DNA of 64,000 nt from Hydrurus foetidus (Eukaryota), in contig UYFQ01000001.1 of assembly GCA_900617105.1 (NCBI GenBank), positions 1,116,001-1,180,000 of the forward strand. Reading direction: 5' to 3'. The notes under the pieces were generated by a model, which worked only from the letters and a program-made list of their open reading frames with translations, was not told the DNA's origin and made no database searches. The stretch's first letter is position 1, and each line of letters begins with the position of its first letter. A program made the position numbers and the translations under genes. This document shows positions 34,210 through 44,306 of the stretch, piece by piece.

Positions 34210-34265
34210 GAGGGGCTGTGGTGTAGAGGGGTTGATGTTGCGGAGGTGCAATGAATGGGGGCTAA

Positions 34266-35321
34266 TTAAGGGGGCGATGATAGCTTTGCCTGTGCTGTGC
34301 GCGAGACCGCAGCGATCAGCAAAGGGGGCAGTTCAACCACCAGAGGCACCGCCAAAGTTTCGGGGGCGATACGCCACAGTTTGACGGCATCTTTTTCAGT
34401 ACAAATCACCTGTAATTGATGGTCTGAAGGGCTACGCCAGCTATTGAAATCATAGTGATCGGGCAGCGCTTGGGTTTGCACCACGTTCAGGCCCAGGGCT
34501 TTGAGCTGGGCAAAAAACAGCGTCGGCTGGGCGATACCGGCCAGTGCCAACAGGGGTGTCTGAGCCGCAGCGAGCGTGGCCAAAGTTTGCTGCGAACCAT
34601 CGGCCCGCACCGCCGCGTCGGCCAAGCGCCGAGCTGCACGCCAGCCCTCAAAGCACGGCTGTGCGCCGGTGTGCAGTACCCATTGCGCCGGGGGGGAACT
34701 GTGGGGTGGCGTGAAAGGCCAGCGCGGCCAAGGCTCGCGCAGCGGGCCTGCAGGCAGTAATAACCCATTGCCAACGCCCCGATCGTCAAACACGCAAATT
34801 TCCATATCTCGCTGCAAAGCCCAGTGCTGCAAGCCGTCGTCGGTGACGATAAGGGTGACGCTGGGATGGGCTTTCAGCAGTGCCTGAGCAGCCTCCACGC
34901 GATGTCGTGCTACGAATAGAGGCGCGCCTGTGCGTTGCCGAATCAACAGCGGCTCGTCGCCTACGGCATGGGCCAAGCTGTCGGTGTGGACTTCGCGGCA
35001 GTCGGGCTGGCCTGGGTCGGTGCGCCGCCCATGACCCTTGGATACCACGCCCACCATCCAGCCTTGGACTTGCAACTGCTGCACCAGCGCGATGACCACA
35101 GGGGTTTTGCCCACCCCCCCTGTCACCACATTGCCCACAACGACCACAGGCACTGGCAAGGCTTGCGATGGCTGCAGGCCGAGGCGGTAAAGCTGCCTGC
35201 GCAGCAGCACCAGCAGGCCATACAACAGAGAGATGGGCCACAGCGCCCAAGCGATCAGCCCGCGCTGCGTCCACGCCGCCAGCAGCCCGGACGCGATCCT
35301 GGACTGCGCACTTTGCATCAT
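34266..35321 (-). CDS. lpxK: Tetraacyldisaccharide 4'-kinase
   Basis: [33 protein letters not shown]. Confidence 0.96.
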   Translation of the reverse strand: MMQSAQSRIASGLLAAWTQRGLIAWALWPISLLYGLLVLLRRQLYRLGLQPSQALPVPVVVVGNVVTGGVGKTPVVIALVQQLQVQGWMVGVVSKGHGRRTDPGQPDCREVHTDSLAHAVGDEPLLIRQRTGAPLFVARHRVEAAQALLKAHPSVTLIVTDDGLQHWALQRDMEICVFDDRGVGNGLLLPAGPLREPWPRWPFTPPHSSPPAQWVLHTGAQPCFEGWRAARRLADAAVRADGSQQTLATLAAAQTPLLALAGIAQPTLFFAQLKALGLNVVQTQALPDHYDFNSWRSPSDHQLQVICTEKDAVKLWRIAPETLAVPLVVELPPLLIAAVSRTAQAKLSSPP

Positions 35322-35324
35322 GGC

Positions 35325-35759
35325 CTACTTGGCCCCAGCCGCAGACTGGGTGGCAAAAGTGATTTGCGACAAGCCAGCACGCCGCGCGGCTTCCATCACG
35401 GTGATAACCGACTGGTGCGCCGCCATGGCGTCAGCGCTGATGATGACCACCGCGTCTTTGCCTGCTGAACTCAGCGTGGTGGCGCGGGTCAGGGCTTTGG
35501 CCAATTCATTGACTGTGCGGCCTTCGACGGTGGTTTTGTTCACTGCGTAACGGCCATCACTGCTGACGGCGACGATCACCTCTTTGGGGTAGTCGCGTTG
35601 AGCGTTCGCATCGGCCACAGGCAGCTTGACTTGCAGCTCGGTGAATTTACTGTAGGTAGTAGACAGCATCAAAAAGATGAGCACCACCAACAGCACGTCA
35701 ATGAACGGGATAAGGTTGATCTCGGGCTCGTCACCGCGCCCACGGGGGCGAAAGTTCAT
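35325..35759 (-). CDS. exbD: ExbD/TolR family protein
   Basis: INLIPFIDVLLVVLIFLM. Confidence 0.93.
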   Translation of the reverse strand: MNFRPRGRGDEPEINLIPFIDVLLVVLIFLMLSTTYSKFTELQVKLPVADANAQRDYPKEVIVAVSSDGRYAVNKTTVEGRTVNELAKALTRATTLSSAGKDAVVIISADAMAAHQSVITVMEAARRAGLSQITFATQSAAGAK

Positions 35760-36430
35760 TTCAGCTGCCCGGCGCGGGTGGCATCCCAGGCTTCATGCGC
35801 GACACCACTCATCCGCATGGCATTCAAATGCCTGAAAAAACGCTCGCCCGCCAGTTCCAGCGCCAGTAAATGGCCGTCCACCGTGCTGCGGAAGTAGCGC
35901 CAAAAGATCAGCGCAGGAATGGCCACCATCAGGCCAAAAGCTGTGTTGTACAGCGCCACCGAAATGCCGTGCGCCAGCTGCGCGGGGTTGCCAGCACCTC
36001 CAGCGGGAGCCTGCGCACCAAAAATCTCGATCATGCCGATCACCGTGCCCAGCAGGCCCAGCAGCGGCGCGGCCGAGGCGATAGTGGCCAGCGCCATCAA
36101 ATAACGCTCCAGCCGGTGGGCCACGGTGCGGCCTGCGGACTCGATGGCCGAGCGCAAATCGTCTTCGCTACAGCGAGGGTTTCGGTTCAAGGTGCGAAAG
36201 CCGCTGGCCAGCACTTCGCCTAAAGCGGAGTTTTTCTCCAGCTGCGCCACCACATCGGGCGCAGGCAAGGCGGAGCGCGACACGGCAATGGCCTCGTCCA
36301 GCAACTTGGGTGGCATGATTTTGGCGGTTTTGAGGCTGGTGAAGCGCTCAATGATGAGCGCCAGCATCAGGATGGAGCAGGCCACCAGTGGCAAAATGGG
36401 CCAACCGGCGGCTTGTAGGATGGACAGCAA
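35756..36430 (-). CDS. ExbB/TolQ/MotA proton channel family protein
   Basis: APLLGLLGTVIGMI, GISVALYNTAFGL. Confidence 0.93.
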   Translation of the reverse strand: MLSILQAAGWPILPLVACSILMLALIIERFTSLKTAKIMPPKLLDEAIAVSRSALPAPDVVAQLEKNSALGEVLASGFRTLNRNPRCSEDDLRSAIESAGRTVAHRLERYLMALATIASAAPLLGLLGTVIGMIEIFGAQAPAGGAGNPAQLAHGISVALYNTAFGLMVAIPALIFWRYFRSTVDGHLLALELAGERFFRHLNAMRMSGVAHEAWDATRAGQLK

Positions 36431-36579
36431 AAATTTCTCCTGGCAGTGCGGAAAAGGGGCGTGAAGGCGTTGATTATCAACGATGGCTGCACCCGGTTTT
36501 GCGTGCTGTCACACCGCACATTGCGCGACATTGGGCGTGCTTTCGAGGGGCTTTCAGCGGACAAGTATTTCACAAAATC

Positions 36580-36600
36580 TGTGGATAACTTTGTGGGTAA
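36580..36600. promoter_or_regulatory. DnaA-box pair
   Basis: TGTGGATAA (36580-36588, perfect) and TGTGGGTAA (36592-36600, one mismatch). Confidence 0.55.
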
Positions 36601-36783
36601 CAGGGCTGTCAACCGCCGCTAAGCCGCGCCAATACGGCATTGTGACAATTTGATGTATTTTTAAGCGGAAGAATCTCCAATGAAATCAAATACTTGCACC
36701 GAGGACTGGTGCTTTCCAGAGGGTTTTGGGGCCCATCTGGCACTTGTTCGTGCGCTGTGGACGGTTTCCTCGGCAGTACACCA

Positions 36784-38043
36784 GTGAGCGCCCAAGTTTG
36801 GGCCGTCGGGGCGCTGTGCCACGCTGTGGCCGATGCGCTGGAAGCCCGCTTCAACCCCGTCACCGTGCAGGGCGAAATCACCGGATTTTCCCGCGCTTCC
36901 AGCGGGCACTGCTATCTTTCTTTGAAGGATGCACAGGGCCAAATCCGCTGTGCCATGTTCCGCCGCGCCGCCAGTTTGCTGGATTTTTCACCGCGTGATG
37001 GCGAGCTGGTGCAGGTTCGCGGACGCTTAGGCGTGTACGAGCAGCGCGGGGACTTGCAACTGGTGATTGAGTCCATGTCGCGGGCCGGGCAGGGCGCTTT
37101 GTTTGAGCAGTTTGTGCGGCTCAAGGCTAAATTGGAGGCTGAGGGGCTGTTTGATGCCACCGCCAAGCGCCCCTTCCCGTTGATGCCACACACCATCGGG
37201 CTGGTCACGTCCTTGGGGGCTGCGGCCTTGCATGACGTGGTGACGGCTTTGCAACGCCGCGCCCCGCATGTGCGTGTGGTGCTGGCGCCGGCAGCCGTGC
37301 AGGGCGCGCAAGCACCGGCTGAATTGATGCGGGCCTTGCAAAGCCTGTATGTCCTGACCCCTGCGCTGGACGGCATCTTGCTGGTGCGCGGTGGTGGCTC
37401 GCTCGAAGACCTGTGGGCTTTCAATGACGAGCAACTGGTGCGCACCGTGGCGCAGAGCCCTGTGCCGGTGATCGCCGGTATTGGCCACGAGACGGATTTC
37501 AGCCTCGTCGATTTTTGCGCCGATGTGCGTGCCCCCACGCCCACGGCAGCGGCTGAGCTGGTCACGCAAGACCGTGCTGTGTGGCTGTCAATGCTGGACA
37601 CCTTGCAAGACAAGCTGCTGAGCGCCGCCCTGCGTCCCATTGACCGCCAGCAGCAGCGGCTGGACAACCTCAGCGCTCGCCTGGGTCGCCCCTCCGCTTT
37701 GGTCGCGCGTCAATCCATGCGTATTGAGGGATTAGCGCAGCGCCAGAGGCACAGTGTGCTACTGAATATGAAGCAAAAACGTGAAACTTTGACCCGGCTT
37801 GAGGCGGACATGGTCCGTGCGCGACGCAACCACCTGGGGCAATCCGCGCAAGGGCTGGCGCAACTCGGCCAGCGTTTGGCTCTGCTTGACCCTCAACTGG
37901 TTTTGCAGCGTGGCTATGCCTGGGTGACAGATGCCAAAGGCCAGCCTGTCACGCGGGTAGGCGACGTGAAACCCCGCCAAGCCTTGCACCTGCGGCTCGC
38001 TGACGGCCCGCTGCGGGTCACAGTGTCCACAACAAAAGCCTGA
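36784..38043 (+). CDS. xseA: Exodeoxyribonuclease VII large subunit
   Basis: SGHCYLSLKD, RGGGSLEDLWAFNDE, GHETD, APTPTAAAE; start uncertain. Confidence 0.96.
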   Translation: MSAQVWAVGALCHAVADALEARFNPVTVQGEITGFSRASSGHCYLSLKDAQGQIRCAMFRRAASLLDFSPRDGELVQVRGRLGVYEQRGDLQLVIESMSRAGQGALFEQFVRLKAKLEAEGLFDATAKRPFPLMPHTIGLVTSLGAAALHDVVTALQRRAPHVRVVLAPAAVQGAQAPAELMRALQSLYVLTPALDGILLVRGGGSLEDLWAFNDEQLVRTVAQSPVPVIAGIGHETDFSLVDFCADVRAPTPTAAAELVTQDRAVWLSMLDTLQDKLLSAALRPIDRQQQRLDNLSARLGRPSALVARQSMRIEGLAQRQRHSVLLNMKQKRETLTRLEADMVRARRNHLGQSAQGLAQLGQRLALLDPQLVLQRGYAWVTDAKGQPVTRVGDVKPRQALHLRLADGPLRVTVSTTKA

Positions 38044-38135
38044 ATTCCTTTCTACAATGCGACGTAGAAACTCTTCACTTTCACCGATTTCTCCAACGAC
38101 AACCCACGATCCATCACGATCTTAAGAAAGCCCCC

Positions 38136-38717
38136 ATGGAACATACCCTGCCCGCCTTGCCCTACGCCATCGACGCTTTGGCCCCCAACTACAGCCAAGA
38201 AACGCTGGAATTCCACCACGGTAAGCACCACAACGCTTACGTGGTCAACCTGAACAACCTGCAAAAAGGCACCGAGTTTGAAACCAAAACCCTGGAAGAG
38301 ATCATCAAGACCTCGACTGGCGGCATCTACAACAACTCAGCCCAAATCTGGAACCACACGTTCTTTTGGAGCTGCATGAAGCCCGCCGGCGGCGGCGAGC
38401 CTTCTGGCGCGTTGGCGGATGCCATCAACGCCAAGTTCGGCTCTTACGCAGCATTCAAAGAAGCCTTCGTGAAGTCGGCCGTCGGTAACTTCGGTTCTGG
38501 CTGGACATGGTTGGTGAAGAAGCCTGACGGCACCGTTGACATCGTGAACACCGGCGCCGCAGGCACCCCCCTCACCACCGCCGACAAAGCCTTGTTGACC
38601 GTGGACGTGTGGGAACATGCCTACTACATCGACTACCGCAACATGCGCCCCAAGTTCGTTGAGACCTTCCTCAGCAGCTTGGTGAACTGGAGCTTTGCGG
38701 AAAGCAATTTCGCTTAA
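38136..38717 (+). CDS. sodB: Superoxide dismutase, Fe type
   Basis: HHGKHH, AQIWNHTF, DVWEHAYY. Confidence 0.95.
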   Translation: MEHTLPALPYAIDALAPNYSQETLEFHHGKHHNAYVVNLNNLQKGTEFETKTLEEIIKTSTGGIYNNSAQIWNHTFFWSCMKPAGGGEPSGALADAINAKFGSYAAFKEAFVKSAVGNFGSGWTWLVKKPDGTVDIVNTGAAGTPLTTADKALLTVDVWEHAYYIDYRNMRPKFVETFLSSLVNWSFAESNFA

Positions 38718-38754
38718 TTTGCGATTACCTCTGCGATTACCTCCGAAGTTTCGC

Positions 38755-38792
38755 CCATAAAAAAACCGACCTCAGGGTCGGTTTTTTTATGG
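38755..38792. terminator. Bidirectional intrinsic terminator
   Basis: CCATAAAAAAACCGACC-tcag-GGTCGGTTTTTTTATGG. Confidence 0.9.
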
Positions 38793-38871
38793 CGAAAAGA
38801 GAATCTGTATCAAGTCACCTGGGCCCGTGCTGTTCGTGTCGCTGGCCCAGTTGCCGCAAAATGCATGGCAC

Positions 38872-39870
38872 TTATTGCGATACTTTGTAATTTGTCTCTT
38901 TGATGATTTTTTGCCAGCGTGCCACGTCTTCATTGATGGTGGTGGCCAATTGCTCAGGTGTGCTGTTCACTACCTCATAGTCCAGCCCGGCCAAGCGGTC
39001 GCGCATCTCTGGCGTGGCCACAATGCGCGACAGTTCCGTATGCAGGCGGGTGACGATCTCTTTAGGGGTTCCTGCTGGGGCCAACAGTGCGGCCCACGAG
39101 TTGAAGTTCAGACCGGGTATGCCCGACTCTTGCATGGTCGGCACGTCGGGCAACGCAGGGGAGCGGGTGGCTGAGAAAACCGCCAGCGGCCGCAGTTTGC
39201 CCGCCTTGATCATGGGTATGGACACAAAAGGGTCAACGGTCATGCCCACCTCACCGGCCACGGCTGCCGTCATTTGGGGCCCTGTGCCTTTGTAGGGAAT
39301 GCTGACAATGTCAGGCGTTTTGGCGGAAGACTTGAAGCTTTCGGTCACCAGCTCGATCATGGCCGTTCCCGATGAATAGCTCATGGGCTTGGCTTTCGAG
39401 TTGACCAGCGTCAGGTATTCCTGAACTGTCTTGACAGGCAGCGAGGGGTGTACCACCATCACAAAGCCGATTTTGGCGATCAGCGAGATCGGTTCAAAAC
39501 TTTTGAGCGGCTCGTAATTGGTTTTGTACAGCACGGGGTTGAGTGTTTGCGCACCTGCGGTGTTCATCAGCAGCGTATAGCCGTCGGGTGCTGCGCGCGC
39601 CACAGCTTCCGTGCCAATCATGCCGTTGGCACCCGCTCGGTTTTCCACCACGATGGACTGGCCCAATGCCGTGCCTAACTTTTGTGACACCAACCGGGCC
39701 ACCACATCCGTTGCACCGCCTGGCGCGTATGGAACGATGATTTTGATGGGCTTGCTGGGGTAGATATCGGCCCAAACCGGGCTGGTCAATGCGGTAGATA
39801 CCGTCAACGCCGTAACCGTGGTCAGGGCTGCACTGAGCCAAATGGAGCGGTGGTGAAATTTTTTTTTCAT
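38872..39870 (-). CDS. Bug/TctC tripartite tricarboxylate transporter substrate-binding protein
   Basis: YPSKPIKIIVPYAPGGATD, ENRAGANG, PDGYTLL, PYKG. Confidence 0.95.
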   Translation of the reverse strand: MKKKFHHRSIWLSAALTTVTALTVSTALTSPVWADIYPSKPIKIIVPYAPGGATDVVARLVSQKLGTALGQSIVVENRAGANGMIGTEAVARAAPDGYTLLMNTAGAQTLNPVLYKTNYEPLKSFEPISLIAKIGFVMVVHPSLPVKTVQEYLTLVNSKAKPMSYSSGTAMIELVTESFKSSAKTPDIVSIPYKGTGPQMTAAVAGEVGMTVDPFVSIPMIKAGKLRPLAVFSATRSPALPDVPTMQESGIPGLNFNSWAALLAPAGTPKEIVTRLHTELSRIVATPEMRDRLAGLDYEVVNSTPEQLATTINEDVARWQKIIKETNYKVSQ

Positions 39871-40000
39871 GGGTCAAATACCTGCCAATCTGTGTGGATA
39901 TATGTTGTCTCCCGGATGATTATGTACCCTGTCACTGCAAGCCGTTGACCACTTTGGCGCGCTATCACATCGAGATGCGCAACTGCTGAACACTTCTACT

Positions 40001-40501
40001 TCATCGCGCCATCTCAAACGACTTCCCGTTCAATCGGAACCCTGCTTTGATCCCCTTTTTCGCGAACCAGCCTTGGTTCATCTCCAGTACGTAGCGCACA
40101 GGCTTGGTGGAGCAGTGTGAATCAGTGGTTTGGGGCTTCATGTCCACCAAGTTGACGATGGTGCCGTCATCCGCCACAAATGCAGCAGTCAGGGGCAGCA
40201 GGGTGTTTTTCATCCAAAAGCACTGCATGGCAGGTTGCTCAAACACAAAAATCATGCCTTCTTGCTGGGGCATGTCTTTGCGAAACATCAATCCTATGCT
40301 GCGTTGCTCGGGTGTCATTGCCACTTGGGTGTCGATACGGAACATGCCCGCTTCCAGCGTGACGCGGGGTAGATCGGTTTGCGGCGCGTCTTGGCTCCAG
40401 GCGGGGAGGGCCGCGCACAGCAAGGTGGTGCCTGCCAAGGCGCAACGGGCCAGCAGCGTTTGAAGCAAGGGGGCAAAGCGTTGGTGGAGATGGCTTGTCA
40501 T
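40001..40501 (-). CDS. DUF192 family protein
   Basis: GLMFR, GMIFVF, FWMKNTLLPL, YVLEMNQG. Confidence 0.92.
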   Translation of the reverse strand: MTSHLHQRFAPLLQTLLARCALAGTTLLCAALPAWSQDAPQTDLPRVTLEAGMFRIDTQVAMTPEQRSIGLMFRKDMPQQEGMIFVFEQPAMQCFWMKNTLLPLTAAFVADDGTIVNLVDMKPQTTDSHCSTKPVRYVLEMNQGWFAKKGIKAGFRLNGKSFEMAR

Positions 40502-40522
40502 AAAAATTAAGTTCCTGCAAAA

Positions 40523-40548
40523 AAAATGCCCGTCGAAACGGGCATTTT
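40523..40548 (-). terminator. Intrinsic terminator after the small secreted protein gene
   Basis: AAAATGCCCGT-cgaa-ACGGGCATTTT with a longer A run on the left (U tail on the minus strand). Confidence 0.8.
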
Positions 40549-40603
40549 GACCTGTTGCACCGGTGTACAGCGCAACCATCAACGTCAATTTATCGCTGCA
40601 AAT

Positions 40604-40801
40604 TTAATGGGCAGCTGCGGCCTTCGTGGCAGATTTTTTGTGACTGTGTTTATGCGCATGCTTTTTCATGCTTGCATGGGTCATAGGCTTGGCATCGGTC
40701 ATGGCTGGGGTGGTTGCAGCAGGGGCCACGGGTGCAGCAGCTTGGGCAAATGCGCCAACGGTAAACATGCCAGCGATCAGGGTAGCGAGGAGCTTGTTCA
40801 T
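40604..40801 (-). CDS. Small secreted Ala/Lys/His-rich protein
   Basis: AAGGA RBS, signal peptide MNKLLA...AFA, basic low-complexity tail, downstream terminator. Confidence 0.75.
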   Translation of the reverse strand: MNKLLATLIAGMFTVGAFAQAAAPVAPAATTPAMTDAKPMTHASMKKHAHKHSHKKSATKAAAAH

Positions 40802-40966
40802 GGGGTGTTCCTTTGAAGAAAAGTAAGGGGGAGAAATTTCCTTCGATGATTCGGAAGGTAGTGCTCTAACGGGGTGGTAAGCCAGCCAGTTGACAGTGGT
40901 TGATGTATTTTTTAAAAGCTAAAATTTAAAAGCTTTTTGCCCCTTTAACCGGAGATATTTTCTACC

Positions 40967-42220
40967 ATGTACCAGCACATCAAGGTTCCCTCAGAAGGCC
41001 AAAAAATCACCGTCAATGCAGATATGTCGCTGAATGTGCCTGACCAGGCCATCATTCCGTACATTGAAGGCGACGGCACCGGTTTCGACATCACCCCGGT
41101 GATGCTCAAAGTGGTGGACGCAGCCGTTGCTCGCGCCTACGGTGGCACCAAAAAAATCCATTGGATGGAGGTGTATGCCGGTGAAAAATCCACCAAAATT
41201 TACGGCCCCGATGTGTGGCTGCCCGAAGAAACGCTACAGGTGCTTCGCGAGTACGTGGTGTCCATCAAAGGCCCACTGACCACGCCTGTGGGCGGTGGCA
41301 TCCGTTCGCTGAACGTGGCATTGCGCCAAGAGCTCGATTTGTACGTCTGCCTGCGCCCTGTGCAGTACTTCACAGGTGTGCCTTCACCCGTGAAAGAGCC
41401 TGAGAAAACCAATATGGTGATCTTTCGTGAGAACTCGGAAGACATTTACGCCGGTGTTGAGTTTGAAGCCGAATCCGATAAAGCGAAAAAGCTCATCAAA
41501 TTCTTGCAAGAGGAAATGGGTGTCAAAAAGATCCGCTTCCCGAATACGTCAGGCATCGGCATCAAGCCCGTGTCCATTGAAGGCACCGAGCGCTTGGTGC
41601 GCAAAGCCTTGCAATACGCCATTGACAATGACAAGCCCAACGTGACCATCGTCCATAAGGGCAACATCATGAAGTTCACCGAAGGTGGTTTTCGCGATTG
41701 GGGCTACGCCTTGGCCGAAAAAGAGTTTGGCGCCGAGCTGATTGACGGCGGCCCTTGGATGAAGTTCAAAAACCCCAAGACCGGCAAAGAAATCGTCGTC
41801 AAAGACGTGATTGCTGATGCGTTCTTACAGCAAATCTTGTTGCGCCCTGCCGAATACAGCGTGATCGCCACCCTCAACCTGAACGGTGACTACATCTCTG
41901 ATGCGCTGGCCGCCCAAGTAGGTGGTATCGGCATCGCCCCCGGTGCCAATTTGTCCGATTCCGTGGCCTGCTTTGAAGCAACCCACGGTACGGCACCCAA
42001 GTACGCAGGCAAAGACTATGTGAATCCAGGGTCTGAGATCTTGTCCGCAGAAATGATGCTGCGCCACATGGGCTGGTTTGCAGCGGCTGACCTCATCATC
42101 AGTTCCATGAAAAAATCAATTCTGAGCAAGAAGGTAACGTATGACTTCGCACGACTGATGGATGGCGCGACGCAGGTGAGTTGCTCAGGCTTTGGGCAAG
42201 TGATGATCGAAAATATGTAA
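40967..42220 (+). CDS. icd: NADP-dependent isocitrate dehydrogenase
   Basis: [41 protein letters not shown]. Confidence 0.98.
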   Translation: MYQHIKVPSEGQKITVNADMSLNVPDQAIIPYIEGDGTGFDITPVMLKVVDAAVARAYGGTKKIHWMEVYAGEKSTKIYGPDVWLPEETLQVLREYVVSIKGPLTTPVGGGIRSLNVALRQELDLYVCLRPVQYFTGVPSPVKEPEKTNMVIFRENSEDIYAGVEFEAESDKAKKLIKFLQEEMGVKKIRFPNTSGIGIKPVSIEGTERLVRKALQYAIDNDKPNVTIVHKGNIMKFTEGGFRDWGYALAEKEFGAELIDGGPWMKFKNPKTGKEIVVKDVIADAFLQQILLRPAEYSVIATLNLNGDYISDALAAQVGGIGIAPGANLSDSVACFEATHGTAPKYAGKDYVNPGSEILSAEMMLRHMGWFAAADLIISSMKKSILSKKVTYDFARLMDGATQVSCSGFGQVMIENM

Positions 42221-42246
42221 CTACCACAAAGGCCACTCGCAACATG

Positions 42247-42279
42247 AAAGCCCAGTGTCTTGATGCCACTGGGCTTTTT
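42247..42279. terminator. Intrinsic terminator after icd
   Basis: AAAGCCCAGTG...CACTGGGCTTTTT. Confidence 0.85.
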
Positions 42280-42306
42280 GTTATCTGCGTATGGCCAAGC
42301 TGTGTC

Positions 42307-43176
42307 TTACCACTTCATCTCGCCCTTGGCGACCTTGGCGCTCAGGTCTAACGAGCCTTCTTCACCGGCTTTGGGGAAGCGTGCTTTCATCGCCGCGATC
42401 AGGGCTGCGGAATCCTTGGCTTTGGCGGTTTCTGCGTCAAAGGCTTTGATGTAGTCGGCGGTGAATTTGGCGGCATTCAATGCTGACGATTCTCCTTCCA
42501 AATAATGGCCGGGTACCACAGTGCGAGGCTTTAGCTTGGTGATGGTGCTCAGCGTGCTGAGCCAGTCTGCATGGGATTGTGGCGACTGGGTGTCAGCCAT
42601 CCAGACGTGGATGTTGTTCATCAAAACGACACCACCCACCACGGCTTTGATGGAGGGTATCCACACAAAGCTGCGGTCAGGCTGGCGGCCATTCAGGCCG
42701 ATGATTTCCAGCTTGTGGCCTTCTAACGTCAGGCTATTGCCTTCCAAAACATCGGGCAGCACGGTGGTTTTAGGCGCATCAGCGGCCAGCTTGGGGCCCC
42801 AAAAGCCGAGCTTGCCGGCGGCGGTCTCTTTGATGTGCGCTACGGTTTGGGGTGTGGCCACGATTTTGGCGTTGGGGAACGCGGCTTTGATCGCTTCCAA
42901 GCCAAAGTAGTAGTCAGGGTCGCCGTGGCTGATGTAGACGGTGGTGAGGTTTTTACCGCTGGCACGGATTTTCTCAATCACTTTGTTGGCCTGGCCGATG
43001 CCAAACTGCGCATCAACGAGGATGGCATCAGTCTTGCCGCTGACGAGTACCGAAGACACGGGGAAGATGGCTTCATGGCCGGGGTTGTACACATCGAGCT
43101 TGAGAGGCGTAGCGGCGAAAGCGGGGGTAGACAAAGCAGCGAACAAGGCGGTAGTGAGCAGTGAGCGGCGAATCAT
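42307..43176 (-). CDS. Exported MBL-fold metallo-hydrolase
   Basis: LVDAQF, ISHGDPDYYFG, VVPGH; RR-containing signal peptide. Confidence 0.88.
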   Translation of the reverse strand: MIRRSLLTTALFAALSTPAFAATPLKLDVYNPGHEAIFPVSSVLVSGKTDAILVDAQFGIGQANKVIEKIRASGKNLTTVYISHGDPDYYFGLEAIKAAFPNAKIVATPQTVAHIKETAAGKLGFWGPKLAADAPKTTVLPDVLEGNSLTLEGHKLEIIGLNGRQPDRSFVWIPSIKAVVGGVVLMNNIHVWMADTQSPQSHADWLSTLSTITKLKPRTVVPGHYLEGESSALNAAKFTADYIKAFDAETAKAKDSAALIAAMKARFPKAGEEGSLDLSAKVAKGEMKW

Positions 43177-43332
43177 TGAAATCTCCTGAAAGGGTTGCGT
43201 AGCTGAGGTTGGGTGGACGGGTTGAATTGACAGGTTGAATATTAGTTTCTTTAAATAGACTTAAAAAGCCTAAAATTCGCCATAGTTTGTTTCTTAAATC
43301 GGTCTAATTAACTTTAAATACCCTGAGTCACT

Positions 43333-44283
43333 GTGGATAAATTGACGGCCATGCAGGTGTTTGTCGCGGTAGTTGAAAGCGGCAGCCAGTCCGCTGTGGC
43401 GGACAAACTCGATATGTCCCGTCCGGTGGTATCGCGCTATTTGGCGGAATTCGAGCAATGGGTGGGGGCTCGATTGCTGCACCGCACCACACGCAAGCTC
43501 AGCCTGACCCCTGCGGGCACCGAAACGCTGGTGCGCGCCCGACAGGTGCTGGCGCTGACCGATGCGATGCAGTCAGCGGTGGCCGCACCCGAGAACGCAC
43601 CGCAGGGCTTGTTGCGCATCACGGTCAGTACGTCGTTCGGGCAGGCGCAAATGGCGGCAGCGGTGGCCGAGTTCGTTAAGCGCTACCCAGCGGTATCTGT
43701 GGACATGGTGCTGCTCGACAAGGCTGTGAATTTGGTCGATGAGCGCATTGATCTGGCCGTTCGCATCACCAACGAACTTGACCCCAACCTGATTGCCAGG
43801 CGGCTGACAGTATGCCGCTCGGTGGTCTGTGCCACGCCGGGCTATTTGCAGGCTCACCCCGCACCGCGCCATCTTGAAGACCTGGGTCAGCACAATTGTT
43901 TGACGCTGTTTAATTTTGGTAAAAGCCTCTGGCATTTCGAGGTGCAGGGACAAACTGTGACGGCGGTGGTGGGCGGCAACGTCAGCGCCAACGAGGCCAC
44001 GTCCATCATGCAGGCCACGTTGGCCGGAGCGGGTATCGCCATGCTGCCAACCTACATGGCCGCCTCACTGATTGATTCGGGGCAGTTGGTTGCGGTTCTG
44101 CCCGAAGTCAAACCACTTGACCTCAGCATTTATGCGGTCTACACGTCACGCAAGAACATGTCTGCGGCTTTGCGGGCAATGCTGGATTTTTTGGCTGAAC
44201 GGTTCCCCCCTGAGCCTTTATGGGACAAACCGCTTGCTGCTGCTGGTGGGGATAAGATCCTGACGGGCAATCTCAAACCTTGA
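43333..44283 (+). CDS. LysR family regulator (CrgA-like)
   Basis: MDKLTAMQVF, LLHRTTRKLSLT, DLAVRI; divergent from the MBL gene. Confidence 0.95.
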   Translation: MDKLTAMQVFVAVVESGSQSAVADKLDMSRPVVSRYLAEFEQWVGARLLHRTTRKLSLTPAGTETLVRARQVLALTDAMQSAVAAPENAPQGLLRITVSTSFGQAQMAAAVAEFVKRYPAVSVDMVLLDKAVNLVDERIDLAVRITNELDPNLIARRLTVCRSVVCATPGYLQAHPAPRHLEDLGQHNCLTLFNFGKSLWHFEVQGQTVTAVVGGNVSANEATSIMQATLAGAGIAMLPTYMAASLIDSGQLVAVLPEVKPLDLSIYAVYTSRKNMSAALRAMLDFLAERFPPEPLWDKPLAAAGGDKILTGNLKP

Positions 44284-44306
44284 GAATTTTTGATTTCTGG
44301 GCGGTT

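Noticed and set aside
43332..43340. Perfect DnaA box TGTGGATAA
   Set aside because: Single copy coinciding with the LysR start codons GTG GAT AAA; probably chance.
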